Positions 37,821-46,105 of a stretch of 64,000 nucleotides of DNA are shown one piece after another. This DNA is from Chitinophagaceae bacterium. Lineage in GTDB: Bacteria > Bacteroidota > Bacteroidia > Chitinophagales > Chitinophagaceae. Made by a program: the position numbers and the translations under genes. The notes under the pieces were generated by a model. That model was not told the DNA's origin. It saw nothing but the letters and a program-made list of their open reading frames with translations, and searched no databases. The stretch is from positions 1,018 through 65,017 of the forward strand of contig JANOFR010000109.1 of NCBI GenBank assembly GCA_031413755.1. The letters are read 5' to 3'. Position 1 is the stretch's first letter; every line of letters begins with the position of its first letter.

Positions 37821-38650
37821 TGAAGTGGTTTTATTTCATTTTATCACATTCTATTTTTATTGCTGTTTGTGCTCTTGCACTTGCTTTTCAAACTGATCAG
37901 CTCCTTCATCTTAATAATAACCTGTTTATTTACGGTTTTATTTTTTTTGCTACACTCTGCAGTTATAATTTTTACTGGATCCTGAGTAAAATTTCTTTTG
38001 TTGAAAAAGATTCTGTCATCCGGTTATTAATAAAGGAAACAACGGGAATATACCTGTTCCTGTTTTCATCAGCTGGACTGTTATATTGCTTATTGAAATC
38101 TGCTTTGCCAATCAGCTTTGTAATCACTGCCATCGGGTTAACTATTCTCTATTCACTGCCTCTTTTACCTTTAAAACCTTTTAAGTTTATCAGAAGGGCA
38201 GGTATTTTAAAAACTATTTTACTGGCTTTTACCTGGGCATATGTTACTGCTTTTATACCTATGCAGAAAGCTTATTTGCTTTTGGATAAGGCTGATCTTT
38301 TTATGATCACCCAACGATTTCTTTTTATGCTAATGCTCTGTATCATATTTGATAACAGGGATAAGGCCGTTGATAAAATAAGAGGGATGCACAGCCTGGC
38401 AACAGATCTAAAACCGGCTTGGCTTAAATTTTTTATATTTATCATATTTGCAGTACTTTTTATCTCAACCTTTTTTTATAAAGATTGGGGTATCACATTT
38501 TATCAATCCATTGCCCTGCAGATTTCCACCCTGGCCTTATTAACCGTTTATTTTTACGCTGCAATAAAGCGGAGTTATCTTTTTTATTATTTTATTACAG
38601 ATGGTTTGATGTTATTTTCTGTAGCAGCAACATACATAGCAAGTATTTAA
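37820..38650 (+). CDS. polytopic membrane protein, possibly UbiA-like (only the second Asp-rich motif is seen)
   Basis: 276-aa ORF with about 8 TM segments. It contains DNRDKAVDKIRGMHSLA, resembling the DxxxDxxxGxxS motif of UbiA prenyltransferases. I could not find the first NxxxDxxxD motif. Confidence 0.4.
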   Translation: MKWFYFILSHSIFIAVCALALAFQTDQLLHLNNNLFIYGFIFFATLCSYNFYWILSKISFVEKDSVIRLLIKETTGIYLFLFSSAGLLYCLLKSALPISFVITAIGLTILYSLPLLPLKPFKFIRRAGILKTILLAFTWAYVTAFIPMQKAYLLLDKADLFMITQRFLFMLMLCIIFDNRDKAVDKIRGMHSLATDLKPAWLKFFIFIIFAVLFISTFFYKDWGITFYQSIALQISTLALLTVYFYAAIKRSYLFYYFITDGLMLFSVAATYIASI

Positions 38651-38651
38651 G

Positions 38652-38659
38652 TAATTTTG
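38652..38659 (+). promoter_or_regulatory. Bacteroidota -7 box (TAATTTTG)
   Basis: Matches TAnnTTTG and ends 19 nt before the ATG at 38679. Confidence 0.4.
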
Positions 38660-38678
38660 CTGCAATTAAATTATTATC

Positions 38679-39788
38679 ATGGCTAAAGCAAAAAAAGCGA
38701 AGCGTATACTTAACGATGAGTCTTATCATTTTTTAAAAAATTATATCAACAATCCTTCCCCTACCGGATTTGAAAGCAGTGGACAGAAGTTATGGCTTGA
38801 ATATTTAAAGCCATATGTAGAAACACATTTTACGGATCCTTACGGAACAGCAGTTGGTGTAATTAATCCTGGAGCCTCTTTTAAAGTGGTGATTGAGGCC
38901 CATGCTGATGAAATAAGCTGGTTTGTAAATTATATTTCGCCTGAAGGGTTGATCTACCTGAAACGCAACGGTGGCGTTGATCACCAGATTGCGCCTTCAA
39001 TGCGGGTATTAATTCATGGAAAAAAGGGAGCGGTTAAAGCGGTATTTGGATGGCCTGCTATTCATACCCGTATGGCCAATACAGATGCTAAAGAAACACA
39101 GCCAAAGGTTGATAATTTATTTCTGGATTGTGGTGCCCGTAATAAAAAGGAAGTAGAAACACTGGGTATTCATATTGGTGCTGTAGCCACTTACGAAGAG
39201 GGTTACGAAGAGCTGGCTTATGATTATTTGATTGGCCGTGCATTTGATAACCGCATTGGTGGGTTTATAATAGCCGAAGTAGCCCGGTTGCTGAATGTAC
39301 ATAAGAAAAAATTACCCTTTGGTTTATATATTGTAAATGCGGTACAGGAAGAAATCGGTTTACGGGGTGCAGAAATGATTGCCCGAAGGATAAAACCTGA
39401 TATAGCGATCATTACTGATGTAACCCATGATACTTCCACACCCATGATCAATAAAATGATTGAAGGCGAATGTAGTTGTGGCAAAGGCCCTTCTCTTACT
39501 TTTGGCCCTGCGGTGCATAATAAATTACTGGATTTTGTTCAGGCAACAGCTGTTAAAAATAAAATACCGGTACAATACCATACGGTAAGCAGAAGCACAG
39601 GTACAGATACAGATGCATTTGCGTATTCCAATGACGGATGCCCTTCTGTTTTGATTTCTATTCCATTGCGATATATGCATACAACGGTTGAGATGCTGCA
39701 TAAAGATGATATTGAACATACGATCAAACTGATGTATGAAACGTTAATCACACTGACACCAAAAACCAATTTGAGTTATTTTAAATAA
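38679..39788 (+). CDS. M42-family metallopeptidase (glutamyl aminopeptidase / FrvX-like)
   Basis: 369-aa ORF with blocks typical of M42 (IEAHADEI ... AFDNRIGG ... VQEEIGLRGA). Confidence 0.88.
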   Translation: MAKAKKAKRILNDESYHFLKNYINNPSPTGFESSGQKLWLEYLKPYVETHFTDPYGTAVGVINPGASFKVVIEAHADEISWFVNYISPEGLIYLKRNGGVDHQIAPSMRVLIHGKKGAVKAVFGWPAIHTRMANTDAKETQPKVDNLFLDCGARNKKEVETLGIHIGAVATYEEGYEELAYDYLIGRAFDNRIGGFIIAEVARLLNVHKKKLPFGLYIVNAVQEEIGLRGAEMIARRIKPDIAIITDVTHDTSTPMINKMIEGECSCGKGPSLTFGPAVHNKLLDFVQATAVKNKIPVQYHTVSRSTGTDTDAFAYSNDGCPSVLISIPLRYMHTTVEMLHKDDIEHTIKLMYETLITLTPKTNLSYFK

Positions 39789-39803
39789 GAAGTCATAAGC
39801 TAT

Positions 39804-40268
39804 ATGGAGGACAGGTTCATTAAATATTCCAAACTGTACACACTCATTTTTTTAATGTTTCTTTCAGTACCGGTATTGTTGGGAGTGATCATTGCAGCAT
39901 TTTATGGTATTTCAAAATTAGTTTCTTCAAACGTTGCTGATATAACTTTCGGGCTTGGGGTTGTAACAATGACCCCGGCCGTTTTTTCAACAGTATATGT
40001 TATCTTTTTTAAAAGAACTAAAAAGCATCCATCAGCTACTGTGAGAATAATTTCAAAAGCAATATTTGTAACCGGCCTCGCAATAAGTATGGTTGTTTTA
40101 GTGATTGACATGATTTCGTTTTTTACCGGTTTTAAAACTGATATTACCGCTTACCATGGCCTTAGTCTCACTTTTTTGGCTGGCAATGTCGGCATGCTTT
40201 TTCTGATTGCCATCATACAGGCCTTTACAACCAAAAAAGAAATAGACTGGATGGAGCGGCACAGGTAA
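39804..40268 (+). CDS. hypothetical membrane protein (4 TM)
   Basis: 154-aa hydrophobic ORF with no recognisable motif. Confidence 0.55.
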   Translation: MEDRFIKYSKLYTLIFLMFLSVPVLLGVIIAAFYGISKLVSSNVADITFGLGVVTMTPAVFSTVYVIFFKRTKKHPSATVRIISKAIFVTGLAISMVVLVIDMISFFTGFKTDITAYHGLSLTFLAGNVGMLFLIAIIQAFTTKKEIDWMERHR

Positions 40269-40294
40269 GCTAAAGAAACATCAATGTAAAAAAT

Positions 40295-40324
40295 AAATTC
40301 CCACCGAAGAATCGGCGGGAATTT
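40295..40324. terminator. hairpin between convergent genes
   Basis: AAATTCCCACCGA-AGAA-TCGGCGGGAATTT with one A/C mismatch. Confidence 0.5.
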
Positions 40325-40420
40325 CTTTAACCCTTAAAACAACCAACATGAACTGTTGATTAACTTAACAACAGTAGTTACGCTTAATTGTTGTTTATGG
40401 TTGTGTAGATCTTATAAATT

Positions 40421-42820
40421 TTATGTTAAAGCTAATTCCAAAACCTGTTGCATTGTTTTAACATAATGAAATTTTATGCCTTTTATATACTGGCTGTTTA
40501 TTTCCAGCACATCTTTTTCATTTTGCCAGCACATGATTATTTCTTTTAAACCTGCCCTCCTTGCCGCTAAAACCTTTTCCTTAATACCCCCAACAGGAAG
40601 GACCTGCCCCCGTAGCGTGATCTCCCCGGTCATGGCTAAATACGGCTTTATTTTCCGGCCGGTAAATGCGCTGGCGAGGGCTGAGAGCATGGTTATACCG
40701 GCACTTGGGCCATCTTTTGGTACTGCTCCTTCCGGCACGTGTATATGGATATCTTTTTTATTAAATAATTCCGGGTCAATATCTGATTTTTTACAGTTTG
40801 CTTCCAGGTAGGTTAATGCGGTACTGGCACTTTCCTTCATCACATTCCCTAAATTACCGGTAAGCTTTAATTCACCTTTTCCTTCGCTTAACTGTGTTTC
40901 GATAAACAAAATATCTCCGCCAACATAAGTCCAGGCTAAACCAACAGCAACACCGGGCATATTGGCAATTTTATACAGATCATTACTGTATTTAGGTTTG
41001 CCTAATATTTTTTCTACATCATTATTGGTGATAGTAGCCTTTAGTTTTCCTTTTATCACTAATTCCTTTGCCTGGTAACGCATGATGCTGGCCAATTGTC
41101 TGTCCAGTTCCCGTACACCACTCTCTCTTGTATAATCCTGGATCGTTTTTTCCAGCACCGGGTCACTTAATTTAAAACTAATGTCTTTCAGGCCATGCAT
41201 TTCTTTTTGCTTGGGCATTAAATGACGTTTGGCAATTTCAATTTTTTCTTCAACTGCATAACCGCTCAGGTCTATAATCTCCAGCCTGTCTCTTAAAGCT
41301 GCCGGTATATTGCTCAGGTTATTGGCAGTAGCAATAAACAGAACCTTACTCAAATCATATTCCAGTTCCAGGTAATTATCGTAAAAAGTATTGTTCTGTT
41401 CCGGGTCCAAAACTTCCAGCAAAGCCGAAGAGGGATCCCCACGGTGATCGCTTCCTACTTTATCAATTTCATCAAGGATCATTACGGGATTACTTGATTT
41501 TACTTTTCGGATCGATTGTAAAATTCTGCCGGGCATGGCGCCAATATAGGTTTTCCGGTGTCCGCGAATCTCACTCTCATCATGTAAACCACCCAAACTT
41601 ACCCTTACATATTTTCTTTGTATAGCCGCTGCAATACTTTTTCCCAAACTGGTCTTGCCAATTCCGGGAGGGCCTAAAAAACACAGTATCGGTGACTTCA
41701 TGTCTCCTTTTAATTTTAAAACAGCCAGGTATTCTAATATTCTTTCTTTAATTTTTTGCATACCATAATGATCCTGGTCCAGCACTTTCTTAGCTTTTTT
41801 CAGGTCGTAAAGATCTTCTGTGTATTCATCCCACGGCAGGTCAAGCATTAAATCAAGATGGTTATATACTACCGAGTAGTCTGGTGTTGAGGGATGCATA
41901 CGCTCTAATTTCTCTACTCCTTTGGTAAACATTTCCCTGGCCGCTACCGGCCATTTTTTTAACTCTGCCTTTTTCAACATTTCTTTTACCTCCGCCACAT
42001 TGTCGCCGCCCAATTCATCTTTAATGGCTTTCATCTGCTGCTGTAAAAAATATTCACGTTGCTGTTTATCCAGTTCAGCCCTTGTTTTATTGGTTACTTT
42101 ATTTTTCAGCTCGGTATATTGCAGTTCTGTCTGCATTAAATTCATCAGTAACTCAGCCCTTGCTTTAATATTACTGATCTCCAGTAAGCGTTGTTTATCT
42201 TTTATATCGCTATTTAAATTACTACTGACGAAATGAATTAAAAACGAAGGGTTTTCAATATTTTTTAAAATAATGGCAGCTTCACTCGGAAGGTTGGGAG
42301 ACAGGTTAATAATTTGACCAGCCAGGTCTTTTATACTTCCGATCATGGCATTAAAATCAGCATCATCTTTTAAAACTTCATCCGTTAAAACTTTGATCTT
42401 TGCTTTAAAATAAGGGTCATCTGTTGTTATTTCTTCAATCTTACAGCGCTTACGTCCCTGTATAATGATGGTTGTTCCTCCATCAGGCATTTTAATCAAC
42501 TTGGCAATTTTTGCAACCGTGCCTATATCTTCCAGGTCACTTACAGTAGGTTCTTCAATTGTACTGTCTTTTTGTGCAACTACACCAATCAATTTGTCAG
42601 CCTTATAAGCATCAGTTACTGCTTTAATACTCTTATCCCTGCCCACCGTAATTGGAATTACAACCCCGGGAAAGAGTACCGTATTCCGTAAAGCTAAGAT
42701 TGGGATTTCCTCCGGAATCGGCTGGTCATCAGTACTTCCGTCATCATCTTCGTTTAATGGAATGATTGGCATAAACTCCATTTCGTCTTCCTGGCCCTGC
42801 AAATAAAACTTGTTATCCAT
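40421..42820 (-). CDS. lon: ATP-dependent endopeptidase La (Lon protease)
   Basis: 799-aa ORF with a LON N-domain, Walker A (GPPGIGKTS) and the protease catalytic region (PKDGPSAGITM). Confidence 0.96.
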   Translation of the reverse strand: MDNKFYLQGQEDEMEFMPIIPLNEDDDGSTDDQPIPEEIPILALRNTVLFPGVVIPITVGRDKSIKAVTDAYKADKLIGVVAQKDSTIEEPTVSDLEDIGTVAKIAKLIKMPDGGTTIIIQGRKRCKIEEITTDDPYFKAKIKVLTDEVLKDDADFNAMIGSIKDLAGQIINLSPNLPSEAAIILKNIENPSFLIHFVSSNLNSDIKDKQRLLEISNIKARAELLMNLMQTELQYTELKNKVTNKTRAELDKQQREYFLQQQMKAIKDELGGDNVAEVKEMLKKAELKKWPVAAREMFTKGVEKLERMHPSTPDYSVVYNHLDLMLDLPWDEYTEDLYDLKKAKKVLDQDHYGMQKIKERILEYLAVLKLKGDMKSPILCFLGPPGIGKTSLGKSIAAAIQRKYVRVSLGGLHDESEIRGHRKTYIGAMPGRILQSIRKVKSSNPVMILDEIDKVGSDHRGDPSSALLEVLDPEQNNTFYDNYLELEYDLSKVLFIATANNLSNIPAALRDRLEIIDLSGYAVEEKIEIAKRHLMPKQKEMHGLKDISFKLSDPVLEKTIQDYTRESGVRELDRQLASIMRYQAKELVIKGKLKATITNNDVEKILGKPKYSNDLYKIANMPGVAVGLAWTYVGGDILFIETQLSEGKGELKLTGNLGNVMKESASTALTYLEANCKKSDIDPELFNKKDIHIHVPEGAVPKDGPSAGITMLSALASAFTGRKIKPYLAMTGEITLRGQVLPVGGIKEKVLAARRAGLKEIIMCWQNEKDVLEINSQYIKGIKFHYVKTMQQVLELALT

Positions 42821-42920
42821 AATTATCTCAATATAAAGTCAAAATGTCAAAACACACAGTTAATTCACTGTTTTTTGTGTGGGGTTGTATAAGGTCAATA
42901 TTAATGCCAAGAAAGAGAAA

Positions 42921-42996
42921 AGCTATTAGCTATTAGCCTTTAGCTTTTAGCTAGCGTACATTGTTACTGGCTAACAGCTAATAGCTAACGGCTAAT
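42921..42996. repeat. 76-bp imperfect palindrome built from two inverted heptamer arrays
   Basis: The left array reads AGCTATT AGCTATT AGCCTTT AGCTTTT AGCTAGC. The right array reads GGCTAAC AGCTAAT AGCTAAC GGCTAAT. AGCTAAT is a one-base rotation of the reverse complement of AGCTATT. It lies between the divergent lon and cca genes. Confidence 0.65.
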
Positions 42997-42999
42997 CCC

Positions 43000-43007
43000 T
43001 AAATTTG
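43000..43007 (+). promoter_or_regulatory. Bacteroidota -7 box (TAAATTTG) for cca
   Basis: Matches TAnnTTTG. It overlaps the track's TTG start, which argues that the real start is ATG 43014. Confidence 0.35.
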
Positions 43008-44435
43008 CAACACATGTATATAAAATGTAACGATAATGAACTGGAAGTATTACGAAAAATAGCCTTATCAGCAAAAGATTTGAACATGCCTTGTTATTTG
43101 ATCGGTGGATTTGTAAGGGATAAGATACTGGGAAGAGATACAAAAGACATGGATATTGTTTGTGTGGGAGATGGTATTGAACTGGCTGCAAAAGTGGCTG
43201 AACAATTCAAACCAAAACCAATAGTAAATTTTTTTAAAAATTTTGGTACGGCACAGATCAGGGTAGATGACCTGGATATAGAATTTGTAGGCGCCCGAAA
43301 AGAGAGTTACAGTTATGATAGCCGCAAGCCAGCTGTAGAAACAGGTAATTTGGAAGATGACCAGGACCGTAGGGATTTTACCATCAATGCTTTGGCAATA
43401 AGCCTGAACAGGGTTGATTATGGAGAACTGATTGATCCCTTTAATGGTATCAGTGATCTTGAACTGAAAATTTTAAAAACACCTTTGGCAGCTGCCCAAA
43501 CTTTTAGTGATGATCCTTTACGTATGATGAGGGCCATACGGTTTTCGACACAATTGAATTTTACGATCGAAGCAGAAACGTATAAAGCCATTGCTGAAAA
43601 TGTGGAACGTATAAAAATCGTAAGTGGTGAACGGATAGCCGATGAACTGAACAAGATACTGATGTGCAAAAAACCATCCATTGGTTTCGACCTGTTATAT
43701 AAAAGCGGTTTATTGAAGCTCATTTTTCCGCAAATGGTTGACCTGGCCGGTGCAGAATATATTGACGGCATGGGGCATAAGGATAATTTTTACCATACTT
43801 TACAGGTGGTTGATAATATTGCAAAGAATACCGGCGATCTCTGGCTGCGCTGGGCTGCAGTTTTGCATGATATTGCCAAACCGGCAACAAAGAAATTTGA
43901 AGAAGGGCATGGTTGGACCTTTCACGGTCATGAAGTGGCTGGTGGCAGAATGGTACCTAAAATATTTGCAAAGCTCAGGCTTCCGCAAAATGAAAAAATG
44001 CGATTTGTACGTAAAATGGTTGAGCTGCATTTGAGACCGATCAGTCTTACCAAAGAAAATATTACAGACAGTGCTATCCGAAGGTTATTATTTGATGCAG
44101 GTGAGGATTTCGATGCTTTGATGACCTTGTGTACAGCAGATATAACCTCAAAAAATAAAAATAAAGTTAAAAAATTTTTAGAGAATTTTGAAATGGTACG
44201 GCAGCGTTGTACCCAGGTGGAAGAGAAAGATCATTTGCGCAACTGGCAGCCGCCCATTACAGGTGAAAAAATTATGGAGGCATTCAATTTGAAACCCTGC
44301 CGGGCAGTTGGAGATTTGAAGAATGCCATCAGGGAAGCTATATTAGACGGCATTATTCCTAATGAATATGATGCGGCTCATCATTTTATGTTAGAAAAAG
44401 CAAAAGAGTTGGGGATTTCTTATACTAAATCATAA
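43005..44435 (+). CDS. cca: CCA-adding tRNA nucleotidyltransferase / poly(A) polymerase family protein with an HD domain
   Basis: Contains the nucleotidyltransferase motif (GGFVRDKILGRDTKDMDIV) and a downstream HD region (VLHDIAKP ... HGHEVAG). The start is probably ATG 43014. Confidence 0.82.
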   Translation: MQHMYIKCNDNELEVLRKIALSAKDLNMPCYLIGGFVRDKILGRDTKDMDIVCVGDGIELAAKVAEQFKPKPIVNFFKNFGTAQIRVDDLDIEFVGARKESYSYDSRKPAVETGNLEDDQDRRDFTINALAISLNRVDYGELIDPFNGISDLELKILKTPLAAAQTFSDDPLRMMRAIRFSTQLNFTIEAETYKAIAENVERIKIVSGERIADELNKILMCKKPSIGFDLLYKSGLLKLIFPQMVDLAGAEYIDGMGHKDNFYHTLQVVDNIAKNTGDLWLRWAAVLHDIAKPATKKFEEGHGWTFHGHEVAGGRMVPKIFAKLRLPQNEKMRFVRKMVELHLRPISLTKENITDSAIRRLLFDAGEDFDALMTLCTADITSKNKNKVKKFLENFEMVRQRCTQVEEKDHLRNWQPPITGEKIMEAFNLKPCRAVGDLKNAIREAILDGIIPNEYDAAHHFMLEKAKELGISYTKS

Positions 44436-44437
44436 CC

Positions 44438-44461
44438 AACCTGCCGGCAGGCAGGTTTTTA
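44438..44461 (+). terminator. intrinsic terminator after cca
   Basis: AACCTGCC-GGCA-GGCAGGTT followed by TTT. Confidence 0.6.
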
Positions 44462-44485
44462 ACTTTTAATTCTTAATTTTACCGT

Positions 44486-45055
44486 ATGGCTATTTTACGA
44501 TTCAGAATTTATTGGGAAGATGACGATAGTGTTTACAGGGATATTGCGATTCGTCATACACAAAACTTTTTCGACCTGCATGGTTGTATTTTAAAATGCT
44601 TTGAGTTTGATTCAATGCATAAAGCAACATTTTACCGCAGTAACGATAACTGGTTACGGGGCAGGGAAATATCCCTGGAGAAATATGACAGGGAGTATAA
44701 AGCAGTGCCCTTGATCATGTCGGAAACAGTTATTGGTACAGAGATCAGTAATCCCAACCAGAAATTCATATACGAATACGATTTTAATAAGTTCTGGCAT
44801 TTTAAGGTAGAGCTGATCACCGTTGAAAAAGAAGAAAATATAAAACTGATCTATCCATGCTGTATTCGAACAGAAGGAATTGCGCCATCACAGTATGGCA
44901 CAAAGGGACTGGTTGACAGCCGCCTGGCCGAAATGGAAGAAAAATATGACCTTAAGCCGGATGCAATGGCAGACGGATTCAGCGAAGAGGGTGATGAGGT
45001 TGAGGCAGATGGAGAAGAAGAAGCACCAACTAATGAAGCAAATGACGGATTTTAA
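44486..45055 (+). CDS. hypothetical protein with an acidic C-terminal tail (possibly pRiA4b ORF-3-like fold)
   Basis: 189-aa ORF. The N-terminal pattern (LRFRIYWEDDDSVYRDIAIRHTQNFFDLHGCI) vaguely resembles the pRiA4b ORF-3 family. The tail is Asp/Glu rich. Confidence 0.5.
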   Translation: MAILRFRIYWEDDDSVYRDIAIRHTQNFFDLHGCILKCFEFDSMHKATFYRSNDNWLRGREISLEKYDREYKAVPLIMSETVIGTEISNPNQKFIYEYDFNKFWHFKVELITVEKEENIKLIYPCCIRTEGIAPSQYGTKGLVDSRLAEMEEKYDLKPDAMADGFSEEGDEVEADGEEEAPTNEANDGF

Positions 45056-45090
45056 GAGTTAAAAGTTATAAGTTATAAGTTTTGAGTTTT
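45056..45090. repeat. 7-bp-period tandem repeat (AAGTTAT family, 5 units) starting 1 nt after a stop codon
   Basis: GAGTTAA AAGTTAT AAGTTAT AAGTTTT GAGTTTT. Confidence 0.55.
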
Positions 45091-45175
45091 TTAAATGACA
45101 GAAATACTGCATTTCTTTCCTCAACTCATAACTTATTATTTCAAAAGAGCTCTTTACAAGCTCAAACAAATTCCA

Positions 45176-46099
45176 ATGAACAAGACCTGTATCGTTATTG
45201 TAGGGGCAACTGCAGCAGGCAAAACTTCCCTGGCTATTCAGATAGCTCAACATTTCCAGACAAAGATCATATCGGCCGACAGCCGCCAGTGTTTTAAAGA
45301 ATTGAATATTGGTGTTGCAAAACCTTCTGTTGAAGAATTAAAACGGACAGAACATTACTTCATTAATTCCCATTCTATTAAGGATGAAATGAACGCAGCC
45401 ATTTTTGAGGAGTATGCGTTACAAAAGGTCAATGAAATATTTAAGGAACATGAAACGGCTGTAATGGTTGGTGGCACCGGGTTGTATATAAAAACATTTT
45501 GTAACGGAATTGATGAAGTACCGCTTGTTGACCCGGCTATCCGGGAAAGGATACTTTTGGATTTTGAATGGGAGGGGTTGGAATGGCTGCAGAAAGAAGT
45601 AAAAAAAAATGATCCACAGTTTTTTGCCAAAGGCGAAACAAAAAATCCGCAAAGGTTGATGAGAGCATTGGAAGTAAAACTTTCTACCGGCAGATCGATC
45701 ATAGAATTTCAAACCCAACAAAAAAAGCACCGTGATTTTAATATCATAAAAATAGGGTTGGAGCTGCCTAAAGAGCAATTACATAAAAACATCAACAGCA
45801 GGGTAGATGCCATGATGAAAGCAGGCTTTCTGGATGAAGTAAAAGAACTGCAACCTCATAAAAAACGAAATGCGTTGCAAACAGTGGGGTACCGTGAATT
45901 GTTCGGGCACCTTACCGGCGATCTTTTATTGCCCGATGCTGTTGAAATTATTAAAATAAATACCCGGCAATACGCCAAGCGGCAAATGACCTGGTTTAAA
46001 AAAGATGAAGAAGTAATATGGTGTGAGCCAAATTTTGAGAAAATCCTGGAGGTTATAAAAAATGCCCCGAAAATTTCCGGGGCATTACTAAGCAATTAG
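45176..46099 (+). CDS. miaA: tRNA dimethylallyltransferase
   Basis: P-loop sits at the N-terminus (IVIVGATAAGKTSLAI), with a MiaA block (ISADSRQCFKELNIGVAKP). I place the start at ATG 45176, giving a product of about 307 aa. The track ORF extends upstream to 45095. Confidence 0.9.
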   Translation: MNKTCIVIVGATAAGKTSLAIQIAQHFQTKIISADSRQCFKELNIGVAKPSVEELKRTEHYFINSHSIKDEMNAAIFEEYALQKVNEIFKEHETAVMVGGTGLYIKTFCNGIDEVPLVDPAIRERILLDFEWEGLEWLQKEVKKNDPQFFAKGETKNPQRLMRALEVKLSTGRSIIEFQTQQKKHRDFNIIKIGLELPKEQLHKNINSRVDAMMKAGFLDEVKELQPHKKRNALQTVGYRELFGHLTGDLLLPDAVEIIKINTRQYAKRQMTWFKKDEEVIWCEPNFEKILEVIKNAPKISGALLSN

Positions 46100-46105
46100 T
46101 CCTGG

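Noticed and set aside
42921-42996. Considered whether the lon-upstream palindrome is a CIRCE/HrcA operator, because of its TTAGC ... GCTAA ends.
   Set aside because: It does not match the CIRCE consensus (TTAGCACTC-N9-GAGTGCTAA) in either core or spacing. The heptamer-array architecture explains it better.
42921-45090. Considered whether the short repeat arrays could be CRISPR or another spacer-containing array.
   Set aside because: The units are 7 bp and contiguous with no spacers, and there are no cas genes in the window.
45095-45175. The track's upstream extension of miaA. The TTG-start extensions of the esterase (10898) and cca (43005) are similar cases.
   Set aside because: The extensions precede the conserved N-terminal motifs (the P-loop for miaA) and overlap promoter-like boxes or repeat arrays. 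Internal ATGs give typical protein lengths.
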